Positions 53,542 to 64,000 of a stretch of DNA of 64,000 bases are shown here, in pieces (within the stretch, counting starts at the first letter, position 1; each line of letters opens with the position of its first letter). The notes beneath the pieces are model-generated. The model searched no databases and was not told the origin of the DNA. It saw only the letters and a list, made by a program, of their open reading frames with translations. The stretch is from Octopus sinensis. Taxonomy: Eukaryota. The DNA lies in NCBI RefSeq assembly GCF_006345805.1, contig NC_043009.1:53878001-53942000 (forward strand), written 5' to 3'. A program made the translations under genes and the position numbers.

Positions 53542-53631
<90 letters not shown>

Positions 53632-53684
53632 AGTAATAATTATAATTATAATTATTATAATTATTTTTATTTTTATTCTTTATT

Positions 53685-53880
53685 TATGTGTCAGTATTTG
53701 ACGGCGACCATACTGGAGCACCGCCTTTAGTCGAACAAATCGACCCTAGGACTTATTCTTTGTAAGCCTTGCGCTTATTCTATCGGGGTCTTTTACCGAA
53801 CCGCTAAGTTACGGGGACGCAAACTCACCAACATCGGTTGTCAAGCGATGATGGGGGACAAACACAGACACACAAACATA
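53685..53880 (-). mobile_element. Family A SINE, 3' half
   Basis: Body to the internal microsatellite. Confidence 0.8.
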
Positions 53881-54724
53881 TAGATTTGTTTGAGACAATT
53901 GAGGAAGTAGTAACTATGTACTACGTCATATATAGTTAAGATAATATTTTAAGTTCTAGAACTGAGGAACCATGTGGTTTGAAAAACATGTAAGAGTTAA
54001 TACATTGTAGCCTTACTCTCTTTTAAACAGTTTTATTAGTTTTAATCGTAACAACGTTTTATATAATAATTAATTGTAAGTATACGTTTATTTATTCATA
54101 AATTTATTATTTTTATTAGTTTTTGGAAAGTTTACATTATAGCTTGTAAGTGTAATATATATTAACACTATGCAGTGTTTTATTATTAACTTTTGATGTA
54201 TGAAATAATCTATTGCACTCATAATTAATATATTATTCATTAAATTCAATCATGTTTTTGTTCTGGAGAGAATTGAAATAAAGTTTTCACTTTCTGTTAT
54301 CATAGTAGTAATTATGGAAGACTGGTGGGACTAATATTTATATTGACTTAAGAATTGGTCACCATTTAGTATATAATTTAGTTATTGTAAGTTTACTATT
54401 AATACCGATACAGATGTACATAGAAGTAAGTGATTCTTGTTGTAGTTTAATTTTAAAGTTAGTGTTTAATCCGGTATATATTTGATTGAATACTGCTGTA
54501 GATAGGGTAAATGTGTTTGATACATGTGTGTTTTGTGTTTTAGTATGTTTGTTCCCAAACAGCACTTCTTTTAGTGCTGTTCACACCACCAGATTGAGAG
54601 GTACTACACAGGTGTCGAAACCACAATGATATCCGTGAGGTAGCTGATGATGGATATACGTTGGATTGTTGGTATGGTTGTTTTTGTATATGCGAAATAG
54701 TATTATAACACATCCTTTTGATAT

Positions 54725-54775
54725 ATACATACACACACACACACGCACAGACACACACACACACACACACACACA

Positions 54776-54812
<37 letters not shown>

Positions 54813-54966
54813 CGATGGGCCTCTTTTAATTTCTGTGTACCAAATCCATTCTCAAGGCTTTGGTCGGCCCGTGTATATAGTACCAGACACTTATCCAAGG
54901 TGTCACGCAGTGAGACTGAATCCAGAACCATGTGTTTGGTAAGCTACTTACCACAAGCCACTCCTT
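54725..54966 (-). mobile_element. Family A SINE, 5' half
   Basis: Internal microsatellite to the head. Confidence 0.8.
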
Positions 54967-55024
54967 CACCGATAAAATTATTAGCATTAATATTATTATT
55001 ACTCCTTCGTAACAAAGTATATAT

Positions 55025-55350
55025 TTCTTTACTACCCACAAGGGGCTAAGCACACAGGGGACAAACAAGGCCAGACAAACGGATTAAGTCGATTATATCG
55101 ATCCCAGTGCGTAACTGGTACTTAATTTATCGACCCCGAAAGGATGAAAGGCAAAGTCAACCTCGGCGGAATTTGAATTCAGAACGTAACGGCAGACGAA
55201 ATACGGCTACGCATTTCGCCCGGCGTGCTAACGTTTCTGCCGAGCTCACATTACACGACGGATGAACGGCAAAGTCAAGAATTGACCCGAAAGCTGGTAG
55301 AAATTCTGCTAACTGTTTTATCCAGCATGCTAACGATTGTGCCAACGCTC
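55025..55350 (-). mobile_element. Family B SINE plus an adjacent older fragment
   Basis: GGTACTTAATTTATCGACCCCGAAAGGATGAAAGGCAAAGTC. Confidence 0.8.
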
Positions 55351-55671
55351 TGCCCTTTATACATACATGCAATATAGACATACAGAAAGTCAGAGCGGGA
55401 GAGAGTGCTATGTAGTAGTACATATTTTCTTTCGATAATGCATCCGAACACAAAGATCGTTTTTGGTGTCCACACTTTACACTCACGTTGTTGTTCTAAT
55501 TGATTTGTACGTACGTCTTCTCTTAGACAACCTGAAATGTTCGGCGTTGAGTTTCAATTAGACATATTGCTGCGCACGTATTGCTGTGTGCATTTTTAAA
55601 TATAGAAGTGAATATACTGATGCATTTACATCTATATTCATCTTTCCCCTCTGCACTCTACCCCCTCTCAT

Positions 55672-55712
<41 letters not shown>

Positions 55713-55779
55713 GTATATGTATATAGGTATGCTTATATATATGTTTGTATATAAAGAGCAAGACAGATACATAGACTGA

Positions 55780-55836
55780 TAGATAGAAAGATAGATAGAT
55801 AGATAGATAGATGGATAGATGGATAGATAGACAGAC

Positions 55837-55896
<60 letters not shown>

Positions 55897-55899
55897 TAG

Positions 55900-55998
<99 letters not shown>

Positions 55999-56000
55999 TG
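55780..56000. repeat. (GATA)n microsatellite
   Basis: Direct reading. Confidence 0.95.
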
Positions 56001-56032
56001 ATTGAGTGATTGATTAATTAATTGATTGATAG

Positions 56033-56947
56033 ATATTGAAATAATCAGTATATGACATTTTGTTCAACAAATTCATTCATATTTATGAAAAGAAAGAGAT
56101 TGGTGGTAAAATAGATTATAGTTTTTATTTTTCATATTCATATAAAATTGTTTCATACAAATGGACGAAGATGTTCGTAAATGGAACATTGTAATAGTCA
56201 ATCTTGTACGTCTCAGTAGTTAATATTTAAAGGAAAACAAAGGCACGCTTACTTGAATCTAGATTTTTTTAAATAGGATGTGGGTGCTGATATATTCAAT
56301 ATTTAATTTGATTTCCTCTCTATGAAATCCAAAATAATCTCTATTTAAACCTCCTTGAAAACATATTTTCTGGTCAAGTTCTATTTGTATGTACGTTCGG
56401 AATTACCAAATAAGGAGCTATATGTTACTTCAATTTCTTATTTAATATTTCTTAACCGTCAACTCTCCTTTCGACTAAAATTTTAAGTAAATCGATAGTT
56501 GGTACTAGGATGTGAGAATAATTGATGGTTTATACAGTTTTTTTTTATTTTAGTATTTTTTAAAATAAATAATAGGTCAAGAATTCATGGACTAAAATAG
56601 GGATTATATGTCATACTTAATTTTTTCAAAACACAATTTGATATATTATAAAAGAACATTACGAAATATATATAATATCAGTAAAGATGTACACCATGGA
56701 ACAAATTACGTAATAATAAAGTATAATCAGATATTGAGCTATTTTGTATATGGGAAAAGTTTTTTGTGATGAAGTATGTTGAAAATAATTGTTTTTATTT
56801 TTATAGTTTATATTTTCACTGAGAGAAACTCAAAATTACAAAATGGTATCAAATGTTTAATATTGTAGCGGATACAACATCTGAAATATCTGGAATTTCT
56901 AAAACTAATATAATTATGCTTACAAAGACATATGTATGTATATGTGT

Positions 56948-57012
<65 letters not shown>

Positions 57013-57109
57013 ATATATAGTATGTACATAGATGGACACTGATATAGGGATAGGTACACATATTCTTATGTGGATATATACTCAGACACCCACGCTTATA
57101 GACACATTC

Positions 57110-57146
<37 letters not shown>

Positions 57147-57186
57147 TATAATATATATATGATACATACCATACATATATATATAT

Positions 57187-57220
<34 letters not shown>

Positions 57221-58411
57221 AACATATATATATACATACTGGAATATTCACACATACATATATATGTATGTGTTTATATTATATTATATATAGATATATG
57301 TATATATTGTATATATTATAATATATAAGGAGGTGTATGTAGCAATGTACACGCAAATGTATGGATAAGTATGTTTGTGTATATATATATATACATATTG
57401 TTATATATAGGCGTATGAGTATATATGCGCATAAGTATATATGTAACTATTTCTATATCAATCTGTACGTGTATCTACGTCTGTTTATATAAATCAATGT
57501 ACGTCTGTGTGAACATAATTACATCACCTTTAGAATTTCCAGGTATTTCAATTATTGTCTCACCGACATTACTAAAAATTTTACAGCATTTTTATTTTTG
57601 ATTTCCTCTCTATGAAAATATAAACAACTATAAAAATATAAATAATTATTTTCAACATACATCAACACAAAAAAAAAGAAACTTTTCGTATATACACAAT
57701 AGCTCAATATCTAATCATACTTTATTATTATTTATTATACATCAGACATCACGTAATTAGTTCCCTTTTATACATCTTTACTACTGTTGTATGTTTTTCG
57801 TGAAGTTCTTTTTAAATATATCCAGCTGTCTATAAACTTTGACCTATTATTTATGATACGAAAATCTTTATAAACCATCAATTATTCTCACACCCCAATA
57901 CCAAAAGCCCATTTACTTAAAATTTCAGTCGAAAGGAGAGTTGACGGTTAAGAAATGTTGAATATGAATTTCAAATAACATATAGCCCTTCAATTCGTAA
58001 TTCGAACGTACATACAAATACGGTTTCAGCAGTAAAAAAAAATTCAAGGAGGTTTACATATAGATATATTAGATATATTAGCACACATCCCTTTTTTTTC
58101 CAGTCTAGATTCAAATAAGCGTGCCTGGAAGAAAGTATATATAAATCCCCTAAAATAATAACTAAAAAAAAATATTTTAAACGTCTTTGTACTTTGGATT
58201 TCCTTTAATTATTAACTACTAAGGAGTACAAGTTTGACTATTACGATGTTCTATTTATGTATATCTTCGTCCATTTGTATGAAATAGTTGTAAAGAGAAT
58301 ATGGAAAATAAAATTTATCAGCCATTTTAACATCGAGTCTCCTTCATTTCATGAATATGAACGAATTTGTTGAACTTTGTATAATGAGTCATATACTGAT
58401 TATTTCAATAT
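56033..58411. repeat. Large diverged inverted repeat (foldback); arms 56033-56930 and 57502-58411
   Basis: Many collinear reverse-complement blocks, including a perfect 30-mer at 56447-56476 versus 57927-57956. Confidence 0.9.
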
Positions 58412-58548
58412 AAGCTTTCATAATTATACAACTTTTTAAAAATATTCGATAGTAAAGTATGAAGAAAAGACATTAGAAATCTAAGGGGAAAATTCCAATT
58501 GAAGGACGAACATACACTCATATATATATATATATATATATATATGTG

Positions 58549-58600
<52 letters not shown>

Positions 58601-60218
58601 GCGTGTGTGTATCTGTTGAGAAAGAGATATATATGCATATATATTATATATATATATGTGTGTGTATGTATACCAATATACTTATATACATATATACATA
58701 AGCTATACACATGTTGTACGTGTGTCTGTGTGTGAATATATATGTATCTCTGTGTAAGTATGCATCTATACTTAAATGCATACAGTTGATGATATATGCA
58801 AATATTTGCCGATACTTATGCATTTACTTCTATATTCATTCTGCTCTGTCTCTCACCCTCCTTCTCTCTCTCTTTCTCTCTCTCTCTCTTTCTCTCTCTG
58901 TTGCTATATGTATATATGTATACATAGATACGAATCTATATGTGTATATATATCGCTATACATATATATATATATATACATATATACCACACATATGTGT
59001 GTGTTTGTGTAAGTCTGAGTTCGTATGTGTGTGTGGATATGTGGGGTGTGTATGTGTGTACCTATATTTTACGCAAACACACATGCCCACACATATACCT
59101 ACTTTTTGCATGTGAATATTTGTGATAACGAATCTGTATTGCCTTGTGATTAGGATATTGTATTCAAGATCGCAAGCTTATAAGTTCATTTCCCGGAGAG
59201 GGTTGTGATTTGTTTGTCCACGATTGGTTATGTATTGCATGATGCGGAGAAAATGCCTGTATACGTCTTATTACGGTTACATTGGAATCTAAATCACATC
59301 GCAAGACCATGGTACAAGCCATACCCAAACATGTTCACACGCGAAGTATGGTTTAATGTACGTTATATGATTGTAAGTATGTAGGAATGTATTTATGTGG
59401 TGCGTATGTAAGCGTGTATGCCTGTATTTATTAATGGAAATACATATATTTGTGTATTCACAAACACACAAACACGCGCGTGCAGACACACAAAGAAAAA
59501 CACACACACATACACATATGTGTATGTATATCGGGAGAGAAACAGTATAAGAGGGTTGAGAGAGAGAGAGAGAGAAAGGTAGACCTGGACACATTCAATG
59601 AGAAAGGTACATTTATCAAATTTGATTGATATATAAGCAGACTGATAGACATAAAGATAAATAGATGCATACATACATACATACATACATACATACATAC
59701 ATACATACATACATACATACATACATACATACATGCATACATACATACATACATACATACAAAACGTACTTGCATACAGATATACAATGCATAATTACAT
59801 ACATATACAGACAATATTAGGCTATGTACGTATAAAGATTTTCCCTAAAAGCAGTGAATCGACGCCAGTAAAAGTACACCAGTCATAGATCGATATTTTA
59901 GTTTCATTTTTGTTCTTTTCCAGTCATATTTTATGTATTATATCTTTTATATTATATTAGCAATTCTGCTATACACACACACTCACACAAATACACACAC
60001 AAACAAACAATCACACACGCGCGCGCACAGATACACGTACACAGTCAGATACGCACATACACTCTAATAAATCTATCGATATAAATATGTATATATATAT
60101 ATATATACATATAAAAATGTGAAAATATTTTAGTGCTATGGATGACTAAATTCGTCCATCTCCAGTCACCCTCAAATTCTCTCTATATTATTTAATGTAT
60201 ATTCCTCTGTGTTCTATT

Positions 60219-60330
60219 CTAGTGGCCATTAAGGAGAATCTCGGTTTGTTGACATTTTGTCTCATATACATTGCTTTTATTTTGGTATTGATGTGACATT
60301 ATAACCTCAGATACGGGCTTGAAATTAGAT
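60219..60330 (-). CDS. Candidate terminal coding exon, unidentified (SNFKPVSEVIMSHQYQNKSNVYETKCQQTEILLNGH*)
   Basis: TACTAAC branch point (60355-60361, minus), pyrimidine tract, AAG acceptor, single open frame to TAG. Confidence 0.35.
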
Positions 60331-60563
60331 CTTGTGTGAAAAATGCGTAAGTGCGTTAGTATTCGTTCACAGAAAATGACACTGCGACACACACACACAT
60401 CCACAAACACTAACATACATACATACATACACACGCAGAGTGGCACACACAGAGACACGCACAGTGGAATAAAAACACACGCACACTCACACACACAAAC
60501 ACACACGTGCGCATAGGCACGTACACGCGCGCATGTGCGAACCACGGATATACATCCCAGCAG

Positions 60564-60599
<36 letters not shown>

Positions 60600-61697
60600 A
60601 TCCATTTTAGCCCATCCAAACCATATATAATTTTTTATACACACTCATATTAACACAGATATACACATAAATGTATATATGTGTATGTATGTATATATGT
60701 GTATATGTGTATGTATGTTTGTGAATTTTGCATGTATGTACTTATACGCACACGTTTTCATCAATACTGCGTCTATATAAACAAATATGCGCGTGTGTAA
60801 AAGTATATTTCTTTGAGAGTGATGGATTAAAACGAAAATATATTTGTGAATTAATGTATTTCAGGACTGCATGTTTATTGTATGACATACATATATATAT
60901 GTATATGCGTATATATAAATAAATATATATACCTATATATATGCATATATATATATGTATATATACATGCATATATATGTATACATATATATATATATAC
61001 ATATATAAGTTGTATACGTATATTCTTGTTTATATGTGTGTGCATGTTTGTATGTATGTATGTATGTATGTATGTATGTATGTATGTTTGTATGTATGTA
61101 TGAATGTACGCGTCTATACACAGATAATAGTACTGATATATATTTCATTATACCTCTAATGAATGCCGTTAATGATTCAATATTTCGTTCTCTTAAAATC
61201 TATTGGTCCACCAAGCAATTATAAATCGTTGTATCTATAATCCTGTGTATACATACACACACACACACAAATATATATATATAGATATATATAGACATAT
61301 ATTTCCATACACACACATATACATACATATATACATACATATATTATACACAAAAATTGGACAAGAACACAAATCATTCAGACAGTGAAATATAAAAAGA
61401 GAAATAATATATCCAGAGAGACGATACAAGGCAAACAGGGGCGGATTATTCGGAGTTTTCTATCGTCAGTCGAGTTCCAGATTATCTTTGCAATTTCGGT
61501 TGGCTATACTCGAGATTGCTCCAATCCGGCCATCCCCAAGGGAAAATAAGCTAAGAGCATTACATTCCTTGGAAGAAAGCAGTGAATGTATACGAAAGAA
61601 GGAAGGGCAAAAAATGGCGCAGTCGTGGTTGCATGGTATGGAGCTTGCTTCCAAACACTTGGTTCCATGTGGTTGTTTCCCAAGCACATGGTTCCGG

Positions 61698-61856
61698 GAG
61701 GAGTGGCTGTGTGGTAAGTAGCTTGTTTACCAACCACATGGTTCCAGGTTCAGTCCCACTGCGTGGCACATTGGGCAAGTGTCTTCTACTATAGCCTCTG
61801 GCCGACTAAAGCCTTGTGAGTGGATTTCGTAGACGGAAACTGAAAGAAGCCCGTCG

Positions 61857-61887
<31 letters not shown>

Positions 61888-62108
61888 GTGTGTGTGTGTT
61901 TGTGTGTCTGTGTTTGTCCCCCTAGCATTGCTTGACAACTGATGCTGGTGTGTTTATGTCCCCGTTACCTAGCGGTTCGGCAAAAGACCGATAGAATAAG
62001 TACTGGGCTTACAAAGAATAAGTCCCGGGGTCGAGTTGCTCGATCAAAGGCGGTGCTCCAGCATGGCCGCAGTCAAATGACTGAAACAAGTAAAAGAGTG
62101 AAAGAGTA
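61698..62108 (+). mobile_element. Family A SINE, full length, preceded by an older head remnant (61615-61697)
   Basis: Near-consensus head, CORE-like block, internal microsatellite, tail. Confidence 0.9.
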
Positions 62109-62159
62109 TATATGTTTGTGTGTGTGTGTGTGTGTGCGTGCGTTGATGTGTTTGCATCA

Positions 62160-62297
62160 CTGTAACTTAGCGGTTCAGCAAAAAAACCGATAGAATAAGT
62201 ACTAGTCTTACAAAGAATAAAACCTGGGGATCGATTTGTTCGGCTAAAGGCGGTACTCCAGCATGGTCGTAGTCAAATTACTGAAAGAAATAAGAAT
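62160..62297 (+). mobile_element. Family A SINE 3' fragment
   Basis: CTTAGCGGTTCAGCAAAA...GATAGAATAAGTACT. Confidence 0.75.
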
Positions 62298-62306
62298 ATA
62301 TAAGAA

Positions 62307-63165
62307 CTAGCAGTATTGTCCGGCTTTGTGTGACTATTAATCGAACTGAGGAAAATCGATTAATCTGCGAGTGCAAAATCAATACTTTCTTACACAATGT
62401 ACGTACGTGCGCTCGTGCGTTCTATGCACGCGCGAATTAAGCTAAACATGGATGAAGTTCAATCAAAATTCAATTATTTTGGTTTTAAAATCAAGCATTT
62501 AATGCCCTCTATTTTTGCGCTTATGTTTTCCATTTCCTCAATAGGAAGTACGTAGAAGCGCTTCATAAATTTGTTGATCAAATAATTGCATTGTTGAATT
62601 ATTGTTTCAGTATTTCTCAACGGGGATTTCAGGGGAGAGTTTCAGGGAGTCGCTGGTGATGTATCGTGATGATCAAAAATCCGGCCTGCTAAAATTTGGT
62701 TAAGTGACTCAAACTGCAGACTCAACGCAAAATGGTTACATTTAATTCAAAGCGTTAAAAATGTTATTAAAATAATTGGTGTGTGTTCACAAAGTCCAAA
62801 CGATTAATACGAAAAAACCCTCCAGGCTACATCCCGAAAATCCATTTCTCTGCCGAATTTCTACAATTTACGCATGCTTGCACGCGTGGTGACCACAGTT
62901 CTCGTCAAACAGATGACTGAGTAAAGTTCACTGTTCAATGCATGGGATAATGCCTAAACAAACACATTATTGATTTTTGCACTTGCGAGGTGAATTTCGG
63001 AACAGAAATAGCGGAGTTCAATTTTCACTCGCCTAAACTCTAAGTGACTTATTTTTGGTGGTTCTACGATTTGTTGGCTAGGAGGAGATGTGCCGGGAAG
63101 TTAAACACACAGACACACACACAGATACACACACATATACACAAGTTGAGTCTTATATATATAGA
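62307..63165 (-). mobile_element. Possible non-autonomous Helitron
   Basis: Minus-strand CTAG|T end at 62307 with a degenerate GC hairpin; the putative TC start at 63165 lies in TA-rich sequence and is uncertain. Confidence 0.3.
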
Positions 63166-63322
63166 TATATATATTTGATATATATGTATGTGTATGTATG
63201 CATACATATACATGTATGTGTGTGTATGTATATATTTATATATATATAGATGCACACACACACACATATATATACATCTATATGCATATATATACATATA
63301 TATATTTACATATATATATACA

Positions 63323-63364
<42 letters not shown>

Positions 63365-64000
63365 CAAATATATGTATATATATATATACAAATATATCTA
63401 TTTATATATTTATGCATATGTATATATACAGATGTTTATATATATATATATATGTATATATATACAAATATATGTATATATAAATATGTATGTGTATGTG
63501 TGTGTAGCTATGTACATAACCATATGTGTGTATATGCAAATGTTTATGCTGTCTATTTCTGTGTGTGACTTCATGCATCGTGCGTTTCTGAGTTTTAAAT
63601 AAAGAAATTTCATTTACGTTTAAAATCTCTTTATTTTACGTTCAAGTATTATGTCACTTGGTAAGGTATGAAGGCCGCGGCATAATCTTCCTCTTAATAT
63701 AACTAGTAAACATTTTCTTCTCTACGATTTAAAATCGGAGTGCCTTCGTATCTCTGAATTTATCCGTTTCCATGGGAACACTAAAACCTGACATTTCGGA
63801 TACACTTTTTCCCCTTTAAATCTCTTTCTGATTCAGATTATTCTCACATAAAATCCAAAAGAAACGAAATAATTCATAAGAAATTAAATATGCTCAATGT
63901 TCGGAGTCGGTGTTAAATACGAAAGTCATGCTAAGAAATGTATTATTTGAATTTTAAATGTTAACACCGTATCAGATGTGTGCATAGTTGTGTATTTAGG

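Noticed and set aside
61440-61530. Minus-strand CTGACGA with complementary stem I and III-like blocks (ACTCGA/TCGAGT, ATTGC/GCAAT)
   Set aside because: The block order is not a circular permutation of a hammerhead, stem II cannot form, and GAAT replaces GAAA after the core; the homologue near 40030 is equally non-canonical

Overview
Eukaryotic, very AT-rich, microsatellite-dense, repeat-dominated DNA. The tRNA-derived SINE families and the simple-repeat spectrum point to an octopus or other coleoid cephalopod (inference, not database-checked). No intact protein-coding gene, rRNA, real tRNA or CRISPR array is visible, and nearly all supplied ORFs are translated microsatellites. Recognisable content: about 20 SINE copies from at least four families; three decayed Dong/R4-type (restriction-like endonuclease) LINE fragments; a GC-richer CR1-type LINE 3' end; an RTE 3' end; two Penelope-like RT relics and Penelope-type terminal pieces; maT/DD37D and mariner relics; a Helitron helicase fragment; a 560-bp non-coding element embedded in (AAT)n, in five copies; a 2.4-kb foldback; and two weak candidate terminal exons. 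The most notable observation is a type I hammerhead ribozyme with a canonical core on the minus strand (39769-39819). It lies in a roughly 200-bp unit flanked by (TA)n that also carries an inverted copy of its own cleavage-site region. A second, minimal variant hammerhead lies at 48247-48281. All calls come from reading and translating by eye.
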